From an uncultured Alphaproteobacteria bacterium (GTDB lineage: Bacteria; Pseudomonadota; Alphaproteobacteria; Rs-D84): 64,000 nucleotides of DNA. This document shows, one piece after another, positions 38,734-48,257 of this stretch (the stretch's first letter is position 1; each line of letters opens with the position of its first letter). The position numbers were made by a program, and so were the translations under genes. Below the pieces are notes generated by a model that was given only the letters and a program-made list of their open reading frames with translations, was not told the origin of the DNA and did not search any database. The stretch lies in the NCBI GenBank assembly GCA_944389185.1, contig CALXLL010000003.1:12754-76753 (forward strand), written 5' to 3'.

Positions 38734-39901
38734 CGAACAAGCGAAAAAAAGCGGATTTTTTTCTTGGGTATGGCATAGAAAATGGCGTTTTGTATTTCTG
38801 CTATTGATAGTTTTCGGGGGGGTATATTATTTTTCTGGAAGTTCCAGCGACTCGGACAATAATTTTGTCACAGTAAATATAACCAGGGGCGATATCAAGC
38901 AAGTCGTGACCGCAACAGGTGAAATACAACCATTAAACACTGTTAATGTGGGATCACAGGTATCTGGAACCATAGATCATTTATACGTAGACTATAATTC
39001 AAAAGTAAAAAAAGGTGACGTTCTTCTTACAATAGAACCGTCGGTGTTACAGGCTTCGGTTGATGAAGCAAAAGCGTCTTTGGTCAGTGCTGAATCACAG
39101 CGTGATTATGCCAAAAGCGAATATGAAAGGGATAAAAGTTTATATGAAGACGGTTTCATAGCCAGGGCAGAAATGGAGCAGTCAAAAACAACATATGAAC
39201 AAGCTGAACAATCTGTGAATCGTGCTTTGTCGCAATATGAAAGAGCCGTAACAAATCTTGGTTATGCAACTATAACATCACCTGTTGATGGAACAGTTAT
39301 TTCTCGTCAAGTTGATGTAGGTCAAACTGTTGCTGCATCTTTTCAGACGCCAGATTTGTTTGAAATAGCCGAAGATTTATCAAAAATGCAAATAGAAACC
39401 GCTGTTTCCGAAGCAGATATCGGGGTTATTAAAGAAGGTCAAGCCGTAACATTTACGGTAGACGCTTATCCAACTGACACTTTTGAAGGGTTTGTCCGTC
39501 AAGTTCGTTTAACACCGACAATTACTTCAAACGTTGTCGTTTATACTGTTGTAATAGATGTTGATAATTCCGATTTACGTTTAATGCCAGGAATGACGGC
39601 TTTTGTAACAATACTGGTATCAGAAAAAAAAGATGTTTATAAAGCAAGTAATTTTGGTTTTCTGGTTCGTAATTTTGACAATATAGTCGCAGATGCTGGG
39701 GATGCTACTCCACAAACTCATCTTGCGATTTTGCGCGGTGAAGACGTTTTATTAGTTCCGTATACCAAGGGCATAGTTACAGCAACGGAAACTGAAATTA
39801 TATCGGACGGTATCCAAGACGGCGATAAAATAATAGTTGGAAAAACGGGTGCTTCTTCGTCCAGTAGTTCTTCCAGCACAATGATGGGACCACCAAGGTA
39901 A
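38720..39901 (+). CDS. MacA/HlyD-family periplasmic adaptor (membrane fusion protein)
   Basis: 393 aa. N-terminal anchor, a lipoyl-like segment (GDIKQVVTATGEIQPLNTVNVGSQVSG), a coiled-coil hairpin and beta-barrel. Ser-rich C-terminal tail. Confidence 0.85.
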   Translation: MKKNNEQAKKSGFFSWVWHRKWRFVFLLLIVFGGVYYFSGSSSDSDNNFVTVNITRGDIKQVVTATGEIQPLNTVNVGSQVSGTIDHLYVDYNSKVKKGDVLLTIEPSVLQASVDEAKASLVSAESQRDYAKSEYERDKSLYEDGFIARAEMEQSKTTYEQAEQSVNRALSQYERAVTNLGYATITSPVDGTVISRQVDVGQTVAASFQTPDLFEIAEDLSKMQIETAVSEADIGVIKEGQAVTFTVDAYPTDTFEGFVRQVRLTPTITSNVVVYTVVIDVDNSDLRLMPGMTAFVTILVSEKKDVYKASNFGFLVRNFDNIVADAGDATPQTHLAILRGEDVLLVPYTKGIVTATETEIISDGIQDGDKIIVGKTGASSSSSSSSTMMGPPR

Positions 39902-39905
39902 TAGA

Positions 39906-39929
39906 AAAGCGCACATAAGTGCGTTTTTT
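39906..39929 (+). terminator. intra-operon terminator-like hairpin between adaptor and ABC ATPase genes
   Basis: GCGCAC-ATAA-GTGCG(T) followed by a TTTTTT run, 30 nt upstream of the ATPase ATG. Confidence 0.45.
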
Positions 39930-39959
39930 AGAACTTATTTATTTCAGCAGAGATATAAA

Positions 39960-40682
39960 ATGAAAAAGACACAAGAAAATATAATATCTATGAATAAAAT
40001 CTGTAAAAGTTTCCCCGTAGAACTTGGGGGTGAACAACAGGTTTTATTTGATATAACTTTTGACGTAAAAGTCGGCGAATTTGTAGCAATTATGGGACCT
40101 TCTGGCAGTGGAAAATCTACGTGTATGAATATAATAGGTGCGCTGGATACGCCGACAAGCGGTAAATATGAATTATATGGTAAAGATGTAACGCATTTGA
40201 CGTCTGACGAGCTTGCAAAAGTGCGAAACGAATATATAGGTTTCGTATTCCAGCAGTTTAACTTATTAAGTAAAAGAAGCGTTTTGGATAACGTTATGTT
40301 GCCCTTAATGTATCGAGGTTTGGTTATGGAAGATAGAATTAGAAGAGCTAGGGAAATGTTGAACCGAGTCGGTCTGAAAGATTTTGAATCGTATCTTCCA
40401 ACTCAATTATCCGGTGGTATGAAGCAGCGCGTTGCCATAGCACGCGCACTGGCAGGTGGCCCTAAACTTATTCTTGCCGATGAACCAACTGGGGCCCTAG
40501 ATAGTAAAATGGGAAACGAAATCTTAACCTTCTTTAAAAAGCTTAATAAAGATATGGGGATTACTATAGTTATGATTACGCACGAATTTGATATTGCTAG
40601 ATATGCAGACAGATTAATCCATATTCGTGATGGGCATATTAACTATGACGGAAAAATCCCGCGCGACGAACGTAATTTATAA
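39960..40682 (+). CDS. MacB/LolD-type ABC transporter ATP-binding protein
   Basis: 240 aa. Walker A GPSGSGKST, signature LSGGMKQR, Walker B LILADEPTGALD. Confidence 0.9.
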   Translation: MKKTQENIISMNKICKSFPVELGGEQQVLFDITFDVKVGEFVAIMGPSGSGKSTCMNIIGALDTPTSGKYELYGKDVTHLTSDELAKVRNEYIGFVFQQFNLLSKRSVLDNVMLPLMYRGLVMEDRIRRAREMLNRVGLKDFESYLPTQLSGGMKQRVAIARALAGGPKLILADEPTGALDSKMGNEILTFFKKLNKDMGITIVMITHEFDIARYADRLIHIRDGHINYDGKIPRDERNL

Positions 40683-40701
40683 AGATTAATAGGAATAAAA
40701 A

Positions 40702-41919
40702 ATGACTTTTAACGATATTTTGAAAGAATCTTGGGTATCTATAAGCGGAAATAAAATTCGTTCTTTTTTAACTGTTCTTGGTATTGTTATAGGTGTTATG
40801 GCGGTAGTGATAATGGTTGCAGTTGGTGAAACCGTGCAAAAACAAATTACAGACCAATTTTCTTCCCTTGGAACTAATACAATTATGATACGTGCTGGGG
40901 CGGCCCAGCAGGCTGGTGTAAGAACGGGAAATCGTCAAACTTTGACTATTCAAGATGCGGAAGTTATTGCTCAATTACCAGACGTGGCTGCTGTATCACC
41001 CGTTCAAAATGCAGCGGCACAAGTCATATATGGCAATAAAAACTGGGCTACATCTATGGTTGGGGTTTATCCGGACTATACGTCTGTTCAAAATATAGAA
41101 ATAGAATACGGGACTTTCTTTAATCAGTCCGCTGTAAGAAATGCTTCTACTTACGCTGTAATTGGGCCTACAACGGCAGAAGAACTTGGATTGCCCAAAG
41201 ACCCTGTCGGTGAAGTTATCCGCGTTCAGAACACGCCTTTCGTAATTGTGGGGGTAACAAAAGCTCGTGGCGATTCCGCAATGGGAAGTCAAGACGATAT
41301 GATTATTATACCAATTACAACTTTAAAGAAGCGTTTACAGGGCAGCAGATTTCCAAATTCTGTTAATATGATAACCTTGAAATTATACCCCGACGCAGAC
41401 AATGTTTTGGCGACAGAGCAACTGACAGTATTACTTCGTCAACGGCACAACTTAAAAGATTCCGATGCTGATGACTTTCAGATTATGGACATGAAGCAAG
41501 TAATGGAAACAATGAATACAGTTACGGGATATATGAAATTATTATTAATTGCAATTGCCGGCGTTTCTTTGCTTGTTGGTTCTATTGGTATTATGAATAT
41601 GATGTTAGTATCTGTGGCAGAAAGAACGCGCGAAATAGGTATAAGAAAAGCAATTGGTGCCCGCGAAAGACAGATAATAATACAGTTTTTATCTGAATCC
41701 ATTTTGATTTCTTTTATTGGTTCTATGGCGGGTTTATTGATTGGCGTTGGTTTATCCCAAGGGGTCGGACGATTTGTAATGGGTTATAACGTTCCGTTCA
41801 GTGCTTGGTCGGTTATATTGTCTGTAAGCGTTGCTGTTGTTGTGGGGTTGGCTTCTGGTGTTGTTCCTGCATTAAAAGCCGCAAAGTTAAACCCAATAGA
41901 CAGTTTAAGATACGAATAA
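40702..41919 (+). CDS. MacB/FtsX-type ABC transporter permease
   Basis: 405 aa. One N-terminal TM helix, a large periplasmic domain and a C-terminal FtsX-like bundle (ERTREIGIRKAIGA). Confidence 0.88.
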   Translation: MTFNDILKESWVSISGNKIRSFLTVLGIVIGVMAVVIMVAVGETVQKQITDQFSSLGTNTIMIRAGAAQQAGVRTGNRQTLTIQDAEVIAQLPDVAAVSPVQNAAAQVIYGNKNWATSMVGVYPDYTSVQNIEIEYGTFFNQSAVRNASTYAVIGPTTAEELGLPKDPVGEVIRVQNTPFVIVGVTKARGDSAMGSQDDMIIIPITTLKKRLQGSRFPNSVNMITLKLYPDADNVLATEQLTVLLRQRHNLKDSDADDFQIMDMKQVMETMNTVTGYMKLLLIAIAGVSLLVGSIGIMNMMLVSVAERTREIGIRKAIGARERQIIIQFLSESILISFIGSMAGLLIGVGLSQGVGRFVMGYNVPFSAWSVILSVSVAVVVGLASGVVPALKAAKLNPIDSLRYE

Positions 41920-41946
41920 AAAAAACCGGCTTTTGCCGGTTTTTTT
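41918..41946. terminator. bidirectional intrinsic terminator (permease / gpsA convergent)
   Basis: AAAAAAAACCGGC-TTTT-GCCGGTTTTTTT. Confidence 0.7.
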
Positions 41947-42811
41947 ATATATTAAGCTTATCAAGCATTTCTTTTAAAACTGGGGTTGGAATAGATTTTC
42001 CTTCGGCGCGTTTAATAAGTCCATGTAATGCGAATATTCCTTCAACTGTGCCTTCTGGTTTTTCACCTTTGGCTATTGCCATTCCACCCGCAAAATTGCG
42101 ACTTGTTGCGGATGTAGCAGATAAGAATAAGTCCCCTATTCCACAAAGCCCCAAGAAAGTTCTTTCTTTTGCCCCGCAAGCAATACCAAGATCAACGACT
42201 TCATTCCAAGCGCGTGTAAATATCATTGCTCGGTCGTTTTCTCCCTGGCAAGCTACGCTGTTATAACCGCATATTAAAGCCACTGCATTTTTACCAACAC
42301 CGCACATTTCTGTGCCGATTATATCGTCTGTTGGCGTTAAATATAAAAGTTTAAGAATATCTTTACCTGCTTCAATCGCTTTTGCGTTTCCTGCCAAAGT
42401 TGAACCTGTTGGAACACCTGTTGCAACTTCTGCTGCAAACTGTGGACCCGATAAAACTGCTAAGTCTTCGCATTCCGGCAGTTCTTCTTTAATAATTTCT
42501 GACATAAAGCAACCAGTAGAAAGTTCTGCACCTTTTGTGCATACTATAATTGGTTGCTTATTATAAAATTGCTTTGCTTTACGCAATGTTTCGCGGAAAA
42601 AAGCCGCAGGAGTCACCATTATCCAAGCGTCTGTTAAAGAAATATCTTCCATATTTTTGGTGATTTTTAAACCTGACGGTAAAGATTCTATGCCTTCAAA
42701 ATGCTTATATTCACCGTCAAAAGACCATAAAATCACTTCGTTTCCGCCTTTTGCGGCGATAATAGATAAAGCAGTTCCCCATGCTCCTGCACCGATTACA
42801 GCAACTTTCAT
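41945..42811 (-). CDS. gpsA: NAD(P)H-dependent glycerol-3-phosphate dehydrogenase
   Basis: 288 aa. MKVAVIGAGAWGTAL Rossmann start and the GLKN-like/NVIAI-like core (CGVGKNAVALICG). Shorter than the E. coli enzyme. Confidence 0.82.
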   Translation of the reverse strand: MKVAVIGAGAWGTALSIIAAKGGNEVILWSFDGEYKHFEGIESLPSGLKITKNMEDISLTDAWIMVTPAAFFRETLRKAKQFYNKQPIIVCTKGAELSTGCFMSEIIKEELPECEDLAVLSGPQFAAEVATGVPTGSTLAGNAKAIEAGKDILKLLYLTPTDDIIGTEMCGVGKNAVALICGYNSVACQGENDRAMIFTRAWNEVVDLGIACGAKERTFLGLCGIGDLFLSATSATSRNFAGGMAIAKGEKPEGTVEGIFALHGLIKRAEGKSIPTPVLKEMLDKLNI

Positions 42812-44421
42812 TTCAATTTCCTTATTTTCTTTTCTATTTGAGGGGCGATTGTTAAACCATCGTCTGATAAATCAAGTGCACGATTATATGCTTCCAGAGC
42901 TTTATCATTATCCCCCTTTTTTACGTATAAATCACCAAGATGCTCAAATAAAGACGAGCAATTATTAGCTACATCCCCTACCCTAGACAGAATCTCTAGC
43001 GCAGAATCTGTGCCTTCACGAACAGCCAAAACCACGCCAAGCGTATCCCAAGCAAATATATCTGAAGGATTTTGTTTGACCAGACCCATTGCATAATCAT
43101 AGGCGTTTTCTATTTCGCGATTTTGACCTGCCCATATTTTTGCTTGTAAAGCAAGTATTTCCGAATCTAAAGGCAACATAACAGATGCATCGTGTATGTC
43201 TGATTGGGCTTTATCAAGGTCGCCGAAAACGTAGTATATTTGCGCCCTACTTTTTGTGAAAAAAGCATGACCTATTTCGCTTAAATCCGGATATTTTAAA
43301 GATTCGTTTATAACTTTCAATGCTGCTCGCTGGTTGTCGTGCTGAATATAATACGCAATCAGCTTATTTACAGCGGGAACGAATAGTGGATTCTTATCAA
43401 CCAAGTCTTTTAATTCATCTATATCGTCATTTTTATCTGCTATTCTTAATAAAGAGAAAGCGCCAAAAGGACTATTTTTATCTACTTTATTAAAATACTT
43501 TTCATAATCGCCTGTATTAGTATAAAAGAACTGACCCATATAATAATTTATTGCATTGTTATTTTCGTCATAACCAGGACCAATAATTTGAGCAAATCGC
43601 AACAACAATATAGATAAATCAGAATACATCATTATTTGGGTGTGAGATACATTTTGTATCAAACTGAAAGCCAAAGCATTTTTTAAACCAGAATAATTAT
43701 CCCAAGATGGTATATCGTTATATTGTTCCATGAACATACCACCAGGTCTTAACGTAAAGTTTGCTTTTAAAGCTTCTGCTTTTATTGGCATATTATAATT
43801 ATTATAAAAAGACATTATGTATAAATAATCGTTTATATTCATAAAGTCGGCTGCCACTTTATCAAAATATTCTGCTGCTTTTTCAGGTTTTCCCAATTCT
43901 GCATATATTTGTCCTCGGACAAAGTTCTTCCAGGATTCGTTCGTTGATAAAGATTCTATAAACTTAAGGGTTTCTGTAATATGATTAATAGCAACAGCAG
44001 ACCATATTCTTAAAGGTGCAGCCAGTGCAGATTCATCTTTTTTGTGCCGTTTATAAAGTTCTTGCCAATCATCTTGCGTTAACAAATAAGCGTCATAAAT
44101 TAATCGGGCTGCAGCCGTTTTTTCGTCTTTCAGATTTTTTGCATTTTCTGGCAGTTTACCACTTAAAAAGTCTGATAAAAGCTTTGTGTTTTGCACTATC
44201 GGATATTCCGTATCTTCAAGATTGTTGGCAAAAAAACTGGCACTTTCAAAATCGTTTATAAAAATTGCGTGCTGAGCCGCCAAAAAAGCACCGTATTTAT
44301 TTATCGGATATGTATAGTTTTGATTTGTGTTTTTTGTATTTGTGCACCATAAACTACCTGCTGTAATGATTATTACGGCAAGTAAAGCTGCACCAGTAAA
44401 TATTTTTTCTATTCTTTTCAT
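42808..44421 (-). CDS. TPR-repeat protein with N-terminal membrane anchor
   Basis: Start reset to MKRIEKIFTGAALLAVIIITAGSLW (ATG complement of 44419-44421). The 77-codon ORF-track extension overlaps rsmG on the other strand. Multiple TPR-like A/Y/L repeats at the C-terminus (ALEAYNRALDL). Confidence 0.7.
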   Translation of the reverse strand: MKRIEKIFTGAALLAVIIITAGSLWCTNTKNTNQNYTYPINKYGAFLAAQHAIFINDFESASFFANNLEDTEYPIVQNTKLLSDFLSGKLPENAKNLKDEKTAAARLIYDAYLLTQDDWQELYKRHKKDESALAAPLRIWSAVAINHITETLKFIESLSTNESWKNFVRGQIYAELGKPEKAAEYFDKVAADFMNINDYLYIMSFYNNYNMPIKAEALKANFTLRPGGMFMEQYNDIPSWDNYSGLKNALAFSLIQNVSHTQIMMYSDLSILLLRFAQIIGPGYDENNNAINYYMGQFFYTNTGDYEKYFNKVDKNSPFGAFSLLRIADKNDDIDELKDLVDKNPLFVPAVNKLIAYYIQHDNQRAALKVINESLKYPDLSEIGHAFFTKSRAQIYYVFGDLDKAQSDIHDASVMLPLDSEILALQAKIWAGQNREIENAYDYAMGLVKQNPSDIFAWDTLGVVLAVREGTDSALEILSRVGDVANNCSSLFEHLGDLYVKKGDNDKALEAYNRALDLSDDGLTIAPQIEKKIRKLK

Positions 44422-44446
44422 GTTCAAATATGCTACAATAATCTTT

Positions 44447-45004
44447 ATGAATAATAAAGAAAAATTTGACAGATATGAAGCGCTTTTAATTGAATGGTCG
44501 GCCAAGATGAATCTTGTGGCTCCCAGCACGTTAAAACACATAAAAGAAAGACATTTTGCTGATTCTGCACAGCTTGCAGATGTTTTACCTGCGGGTGTAA
44601 ATATAATTGATTTGGGAAGCGGTGCCGGTTTCCCCGGTGTTGTTCTTGCCATTCTTGGATGGAACGTTGTTTGTATAGAATCAATTGGTAAAAAGGCAGC
44701 TTTTTTACAGACTGTAAAAGAAAATCTGTGTCTAGATAATCTTACTGTTTACCATGGGCGTGTAGAAGATTTTGTGACCACCCTGCCCCGTCAGTCCGAT
44801 TCGATTTTTGCCGCACGTGCTTTTGCACCGCTTATAAAGATTTTAGATTATGTTGCTAAAACAAAATGCCGGCTTTTTTTATTAAAAGGCCGGGAAATAG
44901 AAAAAGAAATAGCGGTTGCAAAAAAGAAATATAATTTTGATTATAAATTAATACCATCAAAAACAGGCGACGGTTATATTATAGTAATACAAAATAGCCG
45001 GTAG
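44447..45004 (+). CDS. rsmG: 16S rRNA (guanine527-N7)-methyltransferase RsmG (GidB)
   Basis: Start reset to MNNKEKFDRYEALLIEWSAKMNLV (ATG 44447). SAM motif DLGSGAGFPG. Confidence 0.88.
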   Translation: MNNKEKFDRYEALLIEWSAKMNLVAPSTLKHIKERHFADSAQLADVLPAGVNIIDLGSGAGFPGVVLAILGWNVVCIESIGKKAAFLQTVKENLCLDNLTVYHGRVEDFVTTLPRQSDSIFAARAFAPLIKILDYVAKTKCRLFLLKGREIEKEIAVAKKKYNFDYKLIPSKTGDGYIIVIQNSR

Positions 45005-45018
45005 TTTCATATGAAACA
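45003..45018. promoter_or_regulatory. parS-like centromere site 1
   Basis: AGTTTCATATGAAACA has a perfect 14-bp palindrome core and differs from the parS consensus TGTTTCACGTGAAACA at 3 positions. It overlaps the rsmG stop. Confidence 0.55.
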
Positions 45019-45108
45019 AAAAATAACATTTTGTTTTTGCTGCGTTTTTGTTTTATAAATAAAGTTTACCGGTTTTTTTGTATTTTTTTTGATTTGAAAT
45101 ATATTTTT

Positions 45109-45124
45109 TGTTTCATGTGAAACA
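45109..45124. promoter_or_regulatory. parS-like centromere site 2
   Basis: TGTTTCATGTGAAACA has one mismatch to the parS consensus TGTTTCACGTGAAACA. It lies 114 bp upstream of parA. Both sites are followed by AAAAATAA. Confidence 0.7.
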
Positions 45125-45237
45125 AAAAATAATTTATTGATATTAGTGTGTTTTTAATTGCTTTAAATTAAATGTCTTGACGTTTTATATCGTTTTTTTG
45201 TATCAATTATATTGTTATAATATTAGGAAAGGAAATA

Positions 45238-46020
45238 ATGGTTCAAATAATTGCTTTTGCAAATCAAAAAGGCGGTGTTGGTAAAACAACTACCGCAATA
45301 AATCTTAGTGCTTCTTTGGCGGCAATAAAAAAACGTGTGTTGTTGGTTGATTTGGATGCACAAGGTAATGCAGGAACAGGGTTAGGATTCGTCAGGGCTT
45401 CACATAGCCAAAGTGTTTACGGTGTTATTATGGGGACAGCCAAAGTTGCGGATAATATTTTATCTACAGCTGTGCCTGGACTTCATATATTGCCGTCTAG
45501 TCAAGCTTTGTCCGGTGCAGAAGTGGATTTGCTGGATATGGATAATCGTGAATATAGGTTAAGGGATGCTTTAAAAGAAGTTTCCGGTTATTATGATTAT
45601 ATTTTATTAGATTGCCCACCGGCTTTGGGGTATTTAACTTTAAATGCCTTAACGTCTGCAAATCATGTTATAATACCTTTACAGTGTGAGTTTTTTGCAT
45701 TAGAAGGTGTGCAGCATTTAATAAACGCAATTAAAGAAATTAAAATAAAATGGAACCCTAACTTGGATATCCTAGGTGTTCTGTTGACTATGTATGATAA
45801 ACGTTATGGTTTAACCAAGGCTGTTGATGAAGACGTAAGAAACACTTTTGGTGACAAGGTATTTAAAACAGTTGTGCCAAGAAATGTTCGTGTATCTGAA
45901 GCACCAAGTCACGGAAAACCTGCATTGTTTTATGATTTTAATTCTTCTGGTGCGCAAGCTTATCTGCGTGTAGCCACGGAAGTCGTTAATAAACTGGAAA
46001 AGGGGGATTTAAATGTCTAA
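45238..46020 (+). CDS. parA: chromosome partitioning ATPase ParA (Soj)
   Basis: 260 aa with the deviant Walker A NQKGGVGKTTT. Confidence 0.92.
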   Translation: MVQIIAFANQKGGVGKTTTAINLSASLAAIKKRVLLVDLDAQGNAGTGLGFVRASHSQSVYGVIMGTAKVADNILSTAVPGLHILPSSQALSGAEVDLLDMDNREYRLRDALKEVSGYYDYILLDCPPALGYLTLNALTSANHVIIPLQCEFFALEGVQHLINAIKEIKIKWNPNLDILGVLLTMYDKRYGLTKAVDEDVRNTFGDKVFKTVVPRNVRVSEAPSHGKPALFYDFNSSGAQAYLRVATEVVNKLEKGDLNV

Positions 46021-46891
46021 GTTTGGTTTAGGACGCGGATTAGCAGATTTAAAAGAAGAAATAGGTAATGTGCCAGATATATCTATCTTAACTGGTGGGG
46101 AAAGGGTTGTCGTTAAACAGATTCCTTTAATTCAGATTGGGGCGAATCCTGACCAGCCAAGAAAAACTTTTTCTGATACAGATTTAGAAGAGCTTGCTTC
46201 TTCTATTAAAGAAAAGGGGGTCTTGCAACCGATTTTATTAAGGTCCGTTCAAGGAAAACCTTATTTATATGAAATAGTTGCGGGCGAAAGACGTTTTCGT
46301 GCAAGTAAACTTGCTGGTTTAACAGAAATTCCGGCATTAGTAAAAACTATCAGTAATGAAAATGCTATGGAAATAGCGTTAATAGAAAACGTGCAGCGAG
46401 AAAATCTTAATCCAATAGAAGAGGCTGCGGCCTATAAAAATCTTATGGATAAATGCGGATATGATTTAAGTGATGTTTCAAGACTTATCGGTAAATCTGA
46501 AAGTTATATAAAAAACAGTATTCGTTTAGATAAGTTACCGATTTCAGTAAAAACAATGGTAGAGCAGGGTAAAATAAGCGCTTCGCACGCCAGAACCATA
46601 GCGGTTGCGGAAGACCCGGAAGCTATGGCGAATTTGATTATAGAGAAAAATATGTCTGTTGCCGATACGGAAAAAGCCGTTAAAAAAACGAATCGGTCAA
46701 CTAAAAGCCGTTCTTATAATTCAAAAGGTATGGACGATGACTATATTATTGACATCGAATCGAAATTAAAAAGTTCATTAAAAATCCCGGTAAAATTGCA
46801 AGAAATGCGCGGTGGAGCCGGTAAAATAATATTGTCGTTTTCTTCAAGATTACAGTTGCAAGAGCTGGTTGATAAATTAACATCTTTATAA
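46013..46891 (+). CDS. parB: chromosome partitioning protein ParB (Spo0J)
   Basis: 292 aa. LGRGL start, ParB box (IVAGERRFRA) and an HTH region. Overlaps the parA end. Confidence 0.92.
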   Translation: MSKFGLGRGLADLKEEIGNVPDISILTGGERVVVKQIPLIQIGANPDQPRKTFSDTDLEELASSIKEKGVLQPILLRSVQGKPYLYEIVAGERRFRASKLAGLTEIPALVKTISNENAMEIALIENVQRENLNPIEEAAAYKNLMDKCGYDLSDVSRLIGKSESYIKNSIRLDKLPISVKTMVEQGKISASHARTIAVAEDPEAMANLIIEKNMSVADTEKAVKKTNRSTKSRSYNSKGMDDDYIIDIESKLKSSLKIPVKLQEMRGGAGKIILSFSSRLQLQELVDKLTSL

Positions 46892-46893
46892 TA

Positions 46894-46922
46894 AAAAATA
46901 CCGGCTTTTGCCGGTATTTTTA
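46894..46922. terminator. bidirectional intrinsic terminator (parB / pal convergent)
   Basis: AAAAAATACCGGC-TTTT-GCCGGTATTTTTAT. Confidence 0.7.
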
Positions 46923-46938
46923 TTGTTTTTTACAACTG

Positions 46939-47355
46939 TTATTTTACTGTTGTAGTGGCGTTACGATTCCATTTCCAAACTTCTTCACCAGTTCCTTGAA
47001 CTAATGGACGTTCTTTACCGTAAGAAATTGTAGAAATACGTTTGGAATCAATACCGTCTTTTACCAATACTTCCTTAGCAGCGTTTGCACGACGTGCACC
47101 CAAAGCTAAGTTATATTCAGTAGAACCACGTTCGTCGCAATTACCAGCAATTTGGATTTTTACGTTTTCATGGTTTTTCATATATAAAGATTGACCTAAC
47201 AAATTATCGCGTGCTTCGTCAGAGATTTCTGCAGAATCGAAAGCGAAGAATACGCGTTGTTCGTTTAAGTCCGCTGGTTCAACGATGTTAGAGCCACCAC
47301 AAGCGGCCAACAAACCTGCAACACCAGCTAGCATAGCAAAGTTTTTTATTTTCAT
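46939..47355 (-). CDS. pal: peptidoglycan-associated lipoprotein (OmpA-like domain)
   Basis: 138 aa. Lipobox LLAACGG. OmpA-C motifs (GNCDERGSTEYNLALGARRANA). Confidence 0.88.
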   Translation of the reverse strand: MKIKNFAMLAGVAGLLAACGGSNIVEPADLNEQRVFFAFDSAEISDEARDNLLGQSLYMKNHENVKIQIAGNCDERGSTEYNLALGARRANAAKEVLVKDGIDSKRISTISYGKERPLVQGTGEEVWKWNRNATTTVK

Positions 47356-47432
47356 GAAAATACTCCCTTGAGTTTCTGTTACTCGTGTTATAGTCTATAA
47401 TAAAAGGTTTGAAAAATCAAGGATAAAGACAA

Positions 47433-48221
47433 ATGAACGCTGATTTCTTAAGAGATTTACAACTGGCAGGCGTTAAATGGGAAATTACAGAATTGCCGAT
47501 GGCTTTATACGTAGGTGCCAAGAAAGAAGCAAAATTAAAAGAACAAAAATCGCAAGAAGAAAAGAAAGATATTCCGACGTTAAAAAGAGTTGCAACTTCT
47601 GTCGTTCCGCCTATAGAACCGCTTGTTCCTATGTCGTTGGATATTGCGAAAGCCATGGCTTTGCGTCCTTTGGACTTAGACGCTTTACGTAGGATGATAT
47701 CAGAGTTTAATCACCCATTAAAGGTCGGGGCGACGAATGTAGTTTTACCAAGTTTTGCACCAAATTCTAATGGGGTTTTAATCGTGACTGATATACCAAG
47801 TAGTGAAGATGATGAATGTGGAAATGTCTTATCAGGTCCTGCTGGGGATTTATTAGATAAAATGTTGGCGGCGATACATATGTCACGTGAAAACGTTTCT
47901 ATTTTACCGCTTGTATTTTGGCGCACCCCTGGTGGTAGAAGTCCTTCCAGAAATGAGTTGGATTTAGCCAGACCTTTTGTTGATAGGGCTATAAGCCTTT
48001 TAAAGCCAAGAATCATAATAACGCTTGGGGTTTTGGCTGCGAATGAAATAGCTGGTTTAACTCTTCCCAAGGATCACGGCGTGCAAAAAAAATTGGATTG
48101 CGGGGCCACAGCTTTTCCTATTTTTCATCCAAATTATTTAATTTTAAAGCCTGCTGCGAAACGAGACGTTTGGATTGTATTGCAAGAAATTGAAAAAATG
48201 TTGAAAATAGGGGATAAATAG
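47433..48221 (+). CDS. uracil-DNA glycosylase, family 4 type with N-terminal extension
   Basis: 262 aa. The core TDIPSSEDDECGNVLSGPAGDLLDKML corresponds to the family-4 motif GE.PG..ED..G.PF.G.AG.LL..ML. HPNYLI lies near the C-terminus. Confidence 0.8.
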   Translation: MNADFLRDLQLAGVKWEITELPMALYVGAKKEAKLKEQKSQEEKKDIPTLKRVATSVVPPIEPLVPMSLDIAKAMALRPLDLDALRRMISEFNHPLKVGATNVVLPSFAPNSNGVLIVTDIPSSEDDECGNVLSGPAGDLLDKMLAAIHMSRENVSILPLVFWRTPGGRSPSRNELDLARPFVDRAISLLKPRIIITLGVLAANEIAGLTLPKDHGVQKKLDCGATAFPIFHPNYLILKPAAKRDVWIVLQEIEKMLKIGDK

Positions 48222-48257
48222 TTAATAATTTGGCTGTTAGCAAAAAAGGAGCTTACA

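Noticed and set aside
44422-44652. The 77-codon N-terminal extension of the 614-aa ORF (42808-44652).
   Set aside because: The extension overlaps rsmG on the opposite strand and has no signal or TM features. An internal ATG gives a typical membrane-anchor N-terminus (MKRIEKIF...), so the extension is an antisense open-frame artefact.
45005-45237. Replication origin (oriC) in the rsmG-parA spacer.
   Set aside because: I could not find DnaA-box-like 9-mers (TTATCCACA or close variants). The only conspicuous elements are the two parS-like palindromes.
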